Positions 38,780 to 50,381 of a DNA stretch of 64,000 nt are shown here, one piece after another. The notes under the pieces are model-generated. The model searched no databases. It had not been told where the DNA came from and saw only the letters and a list, made by a program, of their open reading frames with translations. The stretch comes from Lytechinus pictus (taxonomy: Eukaryota): NCBI RefSeq assembly GCF_037042905.1, contig NC_087246.1, positions 4,962,001 through 5,026,000 on the forward strand. The letters are read 5' to 3'. The position numbers and the translations under genes are program-made. Position 1 is the first letter of the stretch. Each line of letters starts with the position of its first letter.

Positions 38780-40382
38780 CTAATGCTCGGGCACAACATA
38801 AAAAATTCTGTTTATACCATGATATGACCGGGAAATTTTTGGCTCTTGCATGTATTTCCCTGTAAATGGTAAACAAACATTATATAAATTAGCCAATAAT
38901 TTGATTGAATTCAATTTTCCAATCAAATACAAATGAAATTCAAAACTATTTAAGATCATCAAAATAGTTCCAATTGACCCGTTGCCATAGTACCGGCTCA
39001 TTTTCCCCCAGAAAAGTACAAATTTTGATTTTAAGTTGTAGAATCAGTTTTTTGTTTCATTTTCCCTGCGTTTAGGGTGTGATAAACAGAGGAGTGATTT
39101 TTTTCTATATGTATAAATACAATCTCATTCCATTGCCATGGCAACCAAGTGATACCTAATTTGGTAAAATAAGAAATAACATGGTAAAAAAAGATAATGG
39201 CGGGAAATACAATAAAACCGACCTAATCTATATGCGTTGGGTTTTATTTATAACAAAAACTACAGTAAGTGTTCTGCATGAGTTTATTGGAATGATAGGA
39301 ACTGATGTTGCCTTGACAATGCTTGAATGTAAAGATAGATATCAATATTTCAAATGGCCCGTTGCCATGGTAACAGCTTATTTTATTCAGAAAAGTATAC
39401 ATTTGATAAAAACATTATAGAATCTGATTTTCTTTCATTCTAGGGTGCTCAACATAATATGCTTGATAATGTAAAAATACCACCTCGGGCCATTTTCAAT
39501 GTATAGGCCTATAATCATATCGACATAATTATGTACTCAAATACTGGACAATTTTTTAAGAAAAATGGTTCTTAGTGCTATTCTGCATGAAATCCAGTAA
39601 TGTAACTCCAAAATGACCGCAGTCATTCTGAGTAAAGTGATTTGGGTGTTTTGTGCTAAAAAGAGTTCAACATAAAGGGGGATATACACTTAATAAATGA
39701 AAATTTAAAACTATATCAGGAGGTGATGTAGTCTTGACCTCCTAATCAGAGATTATTGCCATTGAGGTAAAAATAACTTAGAATTCTTTTATTAAATGAA
39801 TGGGTTTTTCATGAAAGTCCCACATTGAGTCTAAAAATGAAAGAATTTTACCTAATTATCCTCAAAAGGTCAATTATATCTAATAGGAGGGCAGGATTAC
39901 GTCCATTCGCCAAATGAACTTTGGCGTTATATTATCTTGAACAGCTTTCTAAAAAAAAAAAAATACATGCATTTTAACATTTATAGCACTTCTTCATAAA
40001 ATCGGACTCTATTTTTTTTTCAATTTATTCTGTTCTTGTCTAAAATGAGCCGTAACCAACCATGGCACCGGGCCATTTGCAACATTTATATTTATAAATA
40101 CATTGTACAATGAAGCGTTGCCAAGGGAACATCAAATTGCATCTTTCTGATGAATCCATGCAGAATACTTACCGTAAGTTTTGACGCATGTAGATTAGGT
40201 CGTTTTTACATCACAGAATTAACTTTTTCTACATGTTATATTTTTACCAAATAAGTTGGTATTTGGTTGCCATGGCAATGGTCTGAGATGGTACTTACAC
40301 ATTTACCAACAATCAACCTAAGCTTATCAGAAATGAAAGGGAAAAATGCGACTTTACATGCCTTTATCATTTTACCTCAATG
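38780..40382. repeat. Unclassified decayed repeat with recurrent GTTGCCATGG(C/T)AAC motifs
   Basis: Motif recurs at ~38981, 39133, 39361, 40118 and 40266. 14-bp inverted repeat CCATTGAGGTAAAA (~39759) / TTTTACCTCAATGG (~40370). Confidence 0.4.
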
Positions 40383-40479
40383 GTTCAAAGTAGAGCAACA
40401 AGACTATTTCCAGGATTTAGATAGAATCTTATAGTGTTAAACTGAATCTGTACTCCTTACCGCATAGAACGAGGGGACG

Positions 40480-43362
40480 TAGTCCAGGATAGGCCCCATA
40501 GACAAGGGGTCGAACCTTGTTTTTTTAGATATACAATGTTTTTTGATGGTTTCTTGTCAATTCGAGGGTGCTGATTCCGAATCTGAATGATGCCACTCTT
40601 GTAACCTTGAGCATTTTCCGCAAATTGGCAAAATCCAATATGGCCGCCAAAATATGCAAATTACCCATGAAAATCATAAAATTGCCAACACATTAGCTAT
40701 AAAATGCATGTAGTTGTTGTGCAGAAGTGAAATACCAATTGGAAAAGCGATATTTGACAAAATATTTATTTTATTGATATTCAAAATGGCCGCCATAACC
40801 CCTGTATACTTTATTACTTTAGCTCGAGCTAAAGCCGGGGTAATAATAGCAGCGCTTTGTATCCTCTGGCAAAAAGCGCTTAATAAATCCAACTATTATT
40901 ATTATTATTATTATGTAGAATATGAATGGGGAAAATATTTTTTCAAACAAGAACACTATTATTGCATGTGATTGTGACCTGCGAGTGGACTACTGTCTGA
41001 AAACATGACTATTAACAAAACTATGTCATTTGTATACTATCTAATGTGATAAATGCTGTATTATGATATTCAAAATGGCTGTCATTATAGACCCCTTATA
41101 CTGTGTACAATATATAAAAGGGGACAAATAATTTTCACAACCTTTGAATTTGTTTGACTTTAAAATGCCAATAACTGCGAAATATTGGTGTAACACTGTC
41201 TGACAACAAGGATTTCTAACGAAACATATCATTTCCCTTGCAATTTCGGTAATTATGCTGCATGTTGACATTCAAAATGGCTGCCATAGGCCCTATCTGT
41301 ATTATGAACAAAGCGAATAAAGAAACTAATTTTTACAAGAGTAAAAACAATAAAATGAATGTAATTGTAATCTATACGAGTGAAATATTGTCTAAACACA
41401 TGATTTCTGGCGAAACATATCATTTAATTTTTCATGCATGAGATAAATGCTGTATTGTAAAATTCAAAATGGCCCCTATGGGCCCTTACAGTATTATCTA
41501 CAATGTAAATGGGGACAAATACTTTTGAAAGAATTAGGATTTGCCTGACTATGAAATCCATATAATTCTGTTGTATAAGGAAAATATTGTTTGAAAACGT
41601 GATTTTTTTAATGAAATATAACATTTCCTCTCCCATAGGTGATAAATACTGTATTTTGACTTTCAAAACGGCCGCACAAGCCCCTACAAATTCTGTAACA
41701 TGCGTATAGGGAAACTAATCATCACCAGAATGAGAACCAAAAACGCACGTAACTATGTGATGTATAGGTAAAATTTGGTCTTGAACATGATTTCTGACTA
41801 AATACATCACATAATGATTGAGAAGGTAATAAAGGCCTTACTTTGAAATTCAAAATTGCTGCCATAGCCCAAAGTAGTATGTACATTGTAACTGGGGACA
41901 GATAATTTTGACAAATTTTTTACTATGAAAATGGCTTAATTTTGATGTAAGTGTTAAGTATTGTCTAAACCCAATGATTTCTAACGAAATATATCATAGC
42001 TTGTGTCATAAAGGTGATGAATGCAGCCTTTTAAAAATGAAAAATGGCCGCCATAGTCCCTTATCTTAATATGTAAAATTTGAATGGGGAAAGATAATTT
42101 CCACAAAGAAACATATTGCAGCCATTTTGAAATTTAAATATAGCATTTATCACCTAAATAACATAAGAAATGATCTATTTGGTTACAAAATCATATTTTC
42201 AGACGATATTTCACTCATACATGCAACACCATTTAGTCAAGCAAAGCCAAATTCTGTTAAAATTATATGTTCCCATTCACAAAGTACATAATAGGCCTAC
42301 TGTTATGGCCTGTAGCGGTCATTTTGACTTTCAAAATACATTATTTATCACCTACCTGGCAGAATGAATGATATATCTTGTTAGGAATTATGTTTTCAGA
42401 CAATATTTTACTCTTAAATCACAATTATATGCATGTTATGGTGCTGACTCATGTGAAAATTGGTTTCCCAGATCGATTGTACATAATACAGTCAATGTCT
42501 TTTGGCGGCCATTTTGAAAGTCAAAATACAATATTTAACACAAATATGAAACCCGAATAATATATTTCGTTGCAAATTATATTTGAAGACAGTATTCCAC
42601 TAATTTACCACAAAAAATACGTTTTAGTGCTCACCTTGTGATTGTTTTTGTCCTCTCTCACATCGTAGATCATAATTTTAGGGCCTTTGGCGGTCATATT
42701 AAATATCAAAATACAGGGTTTATCACATACATGGCATGTTAAATAATAAATTTCGTTAACAAAAATGTTTTTAGTCAGTATTCCACTCGTTTATCTCAAC
42801 AAAATGCATTTTAGTGCTCACTCTTGTGATTTTTTTGTGTCACCATTCACATTGTACATAATAGTGTTAGGGCTTTTGAAGGCCATTTTGAATATCAAAA
42901 TACAGGATTTATCACATAACTGACATAACAAATGATATATATCGTTAGCAATCATGTTTACAGACATTGCTTCACTCATAGATCATAATTACTTGCATTT
43001 CAGTGCTCAATTTTGTAAAAATTAATTTTCCCCATTCATATTGTACAGGGGTCTATGATGGCGGCCATTTTGATATCAAGAAAATAAATATTTTGACAAA
43101 AATCATTTTTTCAGATATTATTTCACTCTGGCAGCACAATTGCATGTACTTTAAAGCCAATGTGTGGACAATTTTATGATTTTCATGGGTAATTTGAATA
43201 TTTTGGCGGCCATATTGGATTTTGCCAATTTGCAGAAAATGCTCAAGGTTACACGAGTGGCATCATTCAGATTCGGAATCAGCACCCTCGAATTGACAAG
43301 AAACCATAAAAAAACATTGTATATATAAAAAAACAAGGTTCGACCCCTTCTATCCTGGACTA
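40480..43362. mobile_element. 2.88-kb non-autonomous foldback DNA transposon, Academ-like
   Basis: TAGTCCAGGATAG...CTATCCTGGACTA termini, inverted arms of more than 300 bp, 3-bp TSD ACG (40477-40479 / 43363-43365), internal ~190-bp subrepeats that flip orientation near 42,100. Confidence 0.85.
40807..40913 (+). mobile_element. Short L2-type/SINE 3' tail inserted in the left arm of the Academ-like element
   Basis: CAGCGCTTTGTATCC..AAAAGCGCTTAATAAAT plus (TAT)n. Absent from the mirrored right arm; flanked by TGTA on both sides. Confidence 0.65.
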
Positions 43363-43585
43363 ACGTGATAGAAGTATTTAAATATTGTATGGTAGAGTCG
43401 ATTCAGAATCCCTCTTCAAGAGATCCCAATACCAGGGAACAAGAGGTCATCCCTTCAAACTGTTCACTACTCACTGTCGGTTGAACACCCGCAGCATTTT
43501 TTTGTCAGTAAAAGAGTGGTCCAATCTTGGAATAGTTTGCCTGCAACACTAGTAATGTCCTCCAGCATCGACTCATTTAAACACG

Positions 43586-43828
43586 TATACCCAGTTGTTG
43601 TGTGTCCGGACAGGTTGTGTGTCCGGACGATCAATTTTAGAAAGTCATTTGGAAAAAATTACAAGCGAAGTTTCATCAAATTTTAGTAAAAAATTTTAGA
43701 AAATATTATAGAGAACAAAATAGAAGATGATTACAACTATTGAATTCATATTTTTAGTGTAATCTTATGACAAAAAAGAAGGCTTCAAAAATATAAAGTG
43801 TCCGGACACCCGATCCCCCATCCTACGG
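43586..43828. mobile_element. 243-bp insertion with TGTCCGGAC palindromic motifs, unclassified
   Basis: Interrupts the CR1 frame (FKH|GLD); ACG on both sides; GTGTCCGGAC three times. Confidence 0.55.
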
Positions 43829-44513
43829 ACGGATTAGATTGTCTGACATCCACCCCGCACTGTACTTGTTAGACTTTAATTATACATCAAGTGTACGTGT
43901 TTACGACCGGGAGATAGATCTACAGGCCCGCTCTACAGGACTACCTACACTCCCGTACAGATGATGATGATGATGATAGACTCATTGGACTCTTTTAAAT
44001 CCAAAATTACTCAAAAACCTAGTAAGTAAGTGACCTGCTAACTTGGTGATCTCACACTCATCATCAATAAAGTTGGCGGAGTACAGCAAGTCTGCATATG
44101 CCATAGAGATGTATACTAATTATATGGCATATGCCCAGACAAGACAAGATGATCTGCTTTCATTTATCAATTCAAATTTATTTGTAATTTGATTCGTTGA
44201 TTGTACCATACTCCGGTAAGGACTTTCGGTAGCTATCAAGGGAGAAATCGTCGAATTCTGAGACTGCGGAGGCTCATGTGTAACATCAAACCTCCTGAAA
44301 TCGTAGCCATAGGTAAGTCATACAAAAATCGACATCTTTTTAAATAATTTGCCAGAGGTTACTAAGCCATGGCCCATGGCATGCATGGCCAGCTTGATCA
44401 CGTTTACACACTACAGTCCCATTCGCTTAATATTGTGTTTCTGTTCTTTGTTCTCCCACTCCCAGCCAGGCAGTGACCGATGACCAGGCATAGTTAGTAT
44501 GGTAGTACGGTAC

Positions 44514-45020
44514 TAGTAGATCGTATTACCGTCACCGAACACTTTTCATGAATTTAATCATATCAAACACATTATTCTCATAAAATTCACCAAACTTTCT
44601 ACATAAATACACAATTACCTACAAGATATAAATATGTAAAAATTTTGCCGAAATTGTTTAGGCCTATCCCTTTTACGATATTACTTAGCTTCCAATCGGA
44701 CCCCTCTTCGGATGTGAAATATTTTGGTCACTTGAAAAAGGTATCGTATTACCGAACGTGTGTTTTCTATGGGAAAAGTTGAGAAAACAACAAAATCACC
44801 GATGAGCCATTTTGACCATATTTTTTTATTATTTTTAGAATATTAAGACTTTGAAAATGTGTTTTTGACCATTTTTCATCATCTTTTTATTCAATTATTG
44901 AACTTTGAAGTTCCCCTTGGAAGGATGTTGCAAAGTTTTAGTCTCATGAAATTATTTTCTGACGCGTACGATGCGCGCGTTCGGTAATACAATGCCGGTC
45001 GGTAATACAATCACTCACTA
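44514..45020. mobile_element. 507-bp Academ-like MITE
   Basis: TAGT-AGATCGTATTACCG ... CGGTAATACAATCACTCACTA; 3-bp TSD TAC (44511-44513 / 45021-45023). Confidence 0.7.
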
Positions 45021-45348
45021 TACACGTAGCCAGGCGGCTTCTTGAGAGTAAAAATCATTTACTAACGTATGCTTACTCTCAATGAAGCCAGGGATTCCTT
45101 CCTATTCATCTGCGTGTACCGCCAAAAAACCTGATACTTTCGCCCCTGAGATTTCTACTTTCCTTCTAAAACATCTAGCCATAACTTTAAGCCAGGCATA
45201 AATCATGCCCTGTACATCACTTAGGCCTACATGAGATAAAACTTCATTTCCGACATTTCTACGCTCTCGGTTTTATTTTTAAACAAGAATTCATTAAAAA
45301 AATGAGAAAAATATTGTGAAAAGACGGAAGAGACTTGCCCGATGTTTA

Positions 45349-45361
45349 CGCCGCCATCTTG
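45349..45361 (-). promoter_or_regulatory. YY1-type motif (CAAGATGGCGGCG) in a CpG-containing, promoter-like segment
   Basis: Matches the YY1 consensus AAGATGGCGGC typical of housekeeping 5' ends. An ETS-like CGGAAG lies at ~45325. About 1.6 kb upstream of the TRIAP1 ATG. Confidence 0.45.
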
Positions 45362-45829
45362 TTTCCTATTGTACTTCCCCAACGTTACGGACACGTGCGT
45401 CGCTAAAAATGAGCTTGCGCTAGTGATGTTTTTTATTTGATCGAATGGAGTAGAGTGCGGTCACGATGTTTGGATTGTCATGATTATAGCTAAGTGGGGT
45501 TGAGATCGTGTTTTGTGGCTAGAAAGTATTTGTATTTTGTTGAGATTTTGGAGTAACTGTTCCCTGCAGTTTGAGGAAAAATATGTTTTCCTTGATTTTC
45601 CGTTTGAAAAGCCACTTTCTAAAGGCCGTTTCTGTGAATTCCATGAAATCGCGGAAAATCACTGTGTCCCTACATAATAGCGGGAATAAGCGGGTATTAT
45701 CGACAACGAGAGAAAGGTTATTGATATCGCTAAGTGGCAAAAAACAAGCGATTATCGACAGGACTAGCGATAAAGACGTTATCGATAACAGGATTAACAG
45801 CCCTATTGAAAACTACATTTAGTGTTTAA

Positions 45830-46347
45830 AGGGGAATTCCACCCAGACAAAAAGTTGATTTGAATAAAAAGAGAAAATATTCAAATGAACACTGAAAATT
45901 CAATTAAAATTGGATGTGAAATAATTTTTTTTAATTTAAGTTTTGCTTATTCCCAAAACAGTTATCTGCACAACTCATTGATTTGAAAATGAGAGAATAA
46001 CATTTATTATTTCTTTTTTTATTTGTTGTTTGAAGTATGAAATATTATTATCTCATGATTATCAAGTTTTATTTCTTTCCAAACAATCATGAAGAGGGTC
46101 CTTATTGTCAAACCTGTAAAAATTGAAATATATAAGTTAGACAATAAAAAAAACACTTGTGTGACATAATCAGTCCTCTCTTTTGCCTATCACTGAGTTG
46201 TGCATACAATTATATAACTCTTTTTTGTGAAAAAAATAAGTGAAACTTGAAATGTCATAACTTTCTTAATTCACATCTGATTTGATGGAATTGTCAGCAT
46301 TGTGCTCTATTGATTGGAATCAATATTTTCTGAGGTGGACTTGTCAT
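45830..46347. mobile_element. Diverged Kolobok-type MITE related to the array MITE
   Basis: TTAA AGGGGAATTCCACCCAGACAAAAAGTTGATTTGAA ... TCTGAGGTGGACTTGTCAT; collinear internal motifs. Confidence 0.75.
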
Positions 46348-46931
46348 TTGATTTTGTTATAATTTCAGAATATTTGTAGCCACCCTATAGTTTCCTTATA
46401 TATCAAATCATTAAATTTGAAAGTTACAGTGTTTAAAGTTTTCTTTTGAAAGAAAAATAAATGTAGTACTGAGAGAGGGTGCTAAAAGATCAACTGCTGA
46501 AGTGAAAAATAGGTCCCAGTGGACCCTATGCTATTTTGTAATGTTGGAATGTTAAATGTTACTTGAGTATCATACTGGGCCTTACCAAAGATTTAGATGG
46601 CCTTTGATATACATGTTTTAATGTCTTTTACTTTGAAGCACTTGACCCGAAACAAAAACATCTCTAAAGAATAGTGAGATGAAAAAATAATTTATTCAAG
46701 GCCCTCGCCCACTGGGGTTCTGATATCTGGCCAACATAGCACCACACATTGTGCATTTAATGGGTCTAGACAGTGGTGACAATGTCTATTATGATGTCAC
46801 AATTTGAATAGTATTTTCTTTGACCATACAGCCATTTTCTTTGGGGGGGGGAGGGGGTGACCAACCAAGGCATAAAATAATGCTATGTAATGTACACTGT
46901 ATATATTGTTTATCTCCTTCAGACAATCTAA

Positions 46932-47096
<165 letters not shown>

Positions 47097-47458
47097 TAAT
47101 TAAAATCAATGTTATTTCTTTGATGACATTTCTGGATATCAGTATTTATTTATTTACTCTTTGTTGTTGTGTCATTAATAGTAATACAGCCTTAATTTTC
47201 AATATTTGTATGGCACAGTGAATTTTCAGATGGGAAAATTTACAAGCAGTGTTATTTTGTGTAGAAGATGTAATATTCTAGTCTTTCTACTTCTATGATT
47301 TACTTACTTTTGCATCTAGTGGCATCCCTGCCCCTTAATTTGTTGCAAAAATAATCACCTACAATATCGTTATAATTATGTTTGTTATAGGTCTACTGAT
47401 CGACAATCAGCTCATATTATTGTAGAGAATTCTCCAAGCAATTTGTGGTTAACTTACT

Positions 47459-48817
47459 GGCCCGTATTCTGAAGTCAGGTTAACTCTGTGCCAAAAGTGT
47501 CAAATTTTTTATTAAGTTGTATATTTCTTATGTTTACTGTGCTCTTTCCTGATTCATCGATGGTGAAGACAATCATCTTTTTATACTTCCTAGACAATTA
47601 TGAATGACTTGAGAGGCAAAAGAGCTGAAATATGATATCTCTACTGTTAGTAATTTATGTAACAATTGGCTATCCATACTTAAACCACAACTTTAAACCT
47701 GGCAGTCAGTCCGCAAGCCCCTGTGTTAATGAGCAAATGAGCAAGATTTATCCAAGTCCTCTCGTGGCTGAATTCATGTCCCTGCAAAATCTCGTGAATC
47801 GTGAGACTTTCTTTCTCAAAGAATTTAACCACTTTCTCCTTGAGTAATATTGATTATTTTTGTACCATGGGCAAGAGTAAATGTTACTCTTTTATATTGG
47901 TCATTTCTTTTGAATTAGATATTTTGATAAATAAGTGAATTTTTTACCTGAAAAGATGCATCAAACAGAATTTTCTTCCTCTGTTTTCACTTGCAAATTG
48001 TGCAACATTTTGTGTTTTAGGCACCAACATTATTTATATCATCAGAAAGCTCGAACTCTATACTTTCTTACAATGTCACTCTTGATATGTGGCATCTTTT
48101 AGATGGGTCAGCAGCCAGCTTTTTCCATCAAGATGCAAGACGAGATTTCTGAAATTTCTGAGTAACATAAAATCCAGAGTTCTGATTGGCTGAATACTGT
48201 TTTCAAAACAAACAGTCACGGGTAATTTGAAGAGATTACCACATGGTGAGTGTGGCCTTGCAGAGGCCCAGTGTGGGGAACATTGGAATTTGCGTGGGTG
48301 TGTGGTCTCTATGACCAATCAGAGCGCAGTATTGTTTTTGAGCTGTAAAATGTACTTGGCCTATGAAAAGCTGGCTGCTGACCCATCTAAAATACATCTT
48401 CTTATAAAAATTATATCATATTAAAGCTTAGATCTTCAGCTTTATCATGATCTAAAAATCATTTGTGCCCAAACAGAAATTAAGTGTGAAAACAACAACT
48501 TTTGTTGCATGAAAAAAATTATTTTGTTTCATGTTTTAGATCAAAAGTTTTTCATATATTACAACATTCTTTTAAAAATCCAAACACATGACCTGAAAGA
48601 ATGATTCTTCTTTACAAAGATCCCAAAAACATGAAATTTGGTCAATATTTAGAGCAGCAATGGCCAAATAAAAAGAGGTGTTTTGGTTCGCACCAAGCTC
48701 ATTAACTATGCAAAAACCCTCTAGTCATGAATATCACTTTGATAAAAGAAGCTACTTTTTCAGGGCTTGCGGACTGACTGCTGGGTTTAAGTTAAACCTG
48801 ACTTTAGAATACAGGCC
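47459..48817. mobile_element. PIF/Harbinger-like MITE in the TRIAP1 intron (interrupted)
   Basis: GGCCCGTATTCTGAAGTCAGGTT ... AACCTGACTTTAGAATACAGGCC; 3-bp TSD ACT (47456-47458 / 48818-48820). Confidence 0.75.
47703..48780. mobile_element. 1.08-kb non-autonomous DNA element with a 4-bp TSD, nested in the Harbinger-like MITE
   Basis: Perfect 18-bp TIR CAGTCAGTCCGCAAGCCC / GGGCTTGCGGACTGACTG; TSD CTGG (47699-47702 / 48781-48784). Confidence 0.85.
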
Positions 48818-49059
48818 ACTGGCTTTTAAAGGTAAATCCTTATTCTTTATAAACATACTTTTTTATTTCGATATATTCATCTTATAAAGTCTGTCATTTA
48901 AGGGAGATATATTTTGCATTTTGATTATGTAAAGTAATCATAAAACAATCTCGCAAAGATTACATTCTTTAATTTCCAGATTTTCGTTTGAGAGCTTGCA
49001 TAGTAGATTGTAGATGATTCAATTCCCCCTTTGCATGATTTAAATCTGTTTCATTACAG

Positions 49060-49149
49060 AATGCCATTGTAGAGAAGGGGATTGATATAGACGAGGTAGA
49101 GAAGGTTGTAATAGGAACAGAATCAGAGAAACAGCCCCCTCCACACTGA
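49060..49149 (+). CDS. TRIAP1: TRIAP1/Mdm35 coding exon 2 (to stop)
   Basis: Acceptor TTTCATTACAG ends at 49059. In-frame NAIVEKGIDIDEVEKVVIGTESEKQPPPH* resembles the family C-terminus (AIxEKxI). Total 77 aa. Confidence 0.92.
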   Translation, partial: NAIVEKGIDIDEVEKVVIGTESEKQPPPH

Positions 49150-49743
49150 TGTATTACCGATGGTAAGCTAATCTTAGCAGTAGTTGATGAACTTTTACCT
49201 CACTTCAATTGAGAAAAGATGGATTAATTGAAAATCATGCAGCCTGATGGTCATCCTTCCATGAAATCCAAGACATTTTATATCATCTCTCTTTTTTTTT
49301 TTTTTTTTACAAATGATGGATGATGCTTAATATATGCTTTATATATTGTTAGCATAAATTTCACGAACATGTATGTGGTATTCATGGGTGAAAAATTTTA
49401 AACCAGTAAAGTGATGATTACAGAGATTATAACTAATAATGATGGTGATGTTAATGGCAGTGATGATGATGAAGATGTTGTTGGCAGTGATCGTGATGAT
49501 AAATTAACTTCAGTGTTGGAGCTAATTATGATGTTGATCATATAGACGTCTGATATAAAATTGTGATTACTATGGTGGATGATGATGAGAAAGGATTTGT
49601 AGAATAAACCTGGAAGAAATGTCTTTCTTGAAATATTAAACTTCAGTATGTGTAATCCCTGTGCTGTTAGTTTACACATAAATGCATTGTTTAAAGGAAA
49701 AAGAAAATACTAATAAATGAGTAGTTCATAAATAAAAACAAAT

Positions 49744-49787
49744 TTTATCTAGCCACAGAGTATATATATACTCTGTGGCTAGATAAA
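49744..49787. repeat. Perfect 44-bp palindrome
   Basis: TTTATCTAGCCACAGAGTATATATATACTCTGTGGCTAGATAAA is its own reverse complement. Confidence 0.95.
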
Positions 49788-50120
49788 GATTACATACCCT
49801 CAAATCGTTGTTAATTTTGCTTTATACATGATTTTTGTATTATCATACCTTTTCATAATTTGTTTTAATTTGTTTTAACATCTCATAATGTTTGTTAGGA
49901 TACTTGTACCCTTTTCTCAATGTTAATGGCTATTTTCCTGTTCACATGGGCCAGAATCTTAGCCTTTAACCTTTCTAAGGAAATACTTGCGTTCTCACTG
50001 TACAAAATTCTGTAACCCTGGACTAGTGGTAGGTTACATGTATTCATGAGTGCTTACCTCTGATTGGAGAATAGGGCTAGCTCCATTGTGCCTTTGGCAT
50101 GCATGGGGTATCATCCTTAG

Positions 50121-50381
50121 TGGCTTGGTTTCTGATGATAATTCTTAACTACAGACGTCCATGCTAATCATCACAATTGCTAGAGTGTTGGGGGTGATTC
50201 AAAAGATTTAAGTATGACTAAGAGTTTCACTGAAATGCCTAGTTGCGTGCTTGGCTTGGTTTCTGATGATAACTCTTAACTACAGACTTCCATGCTAATC
50301 ATCACAATTGCTAGAGTGTTGGGGGTGTTTCAAAAGATTTAAGTATGACTAAGAGTTTCACTGAAATGCCTAGTTGCGTGC
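50121..50381. repeat. Tandem duplication, 2 x 131 bp
   Basis: TGGCTTGGTTTCTGATGATAA...CCTAGTTGCGTGC begins at 50121 and at 50252, with few mismatches. Confidence 0.9.

Larger units (their letters stand above)
40383..43977 (+). mobile_element. CR1-clade LINE 3' fragment split into three pieces (40383-40479, 43363-43585, 43829-43977)
   Basis: Peptides VQSRATRLFPG, LNLYSL, RGD|VIEVFKY, TRGHPFKL, RVVQSWNSLP and IDSFKH|GLD. Ends in a (GAT)6 tail at 43960-43977. Confidence 0.85.

Noticed and set aside
40480..43362. Tc1/mariner reading (TA TSD, GTCC ends)
   Set aside because: Only the ACG TSD restores the interrupted CR1 frame.
44035..44092. Possible minus-strand coding exon (DLLYSANFIDDECEITKLA)
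   Set aside because: Weak splice signals, and phase incompatible with the candidate exon ending at 45077.
45780..45787. DRE motif TATCGATA
   Set aside because: It sits in a cluster of TATCGA-like words that looks repeat-derived; one 8-mer is insufficient evidence.
49398..49679. Ser-rich minus-strand ORF
   Set aside because: Derived from a degenerate (GAT)n tract.
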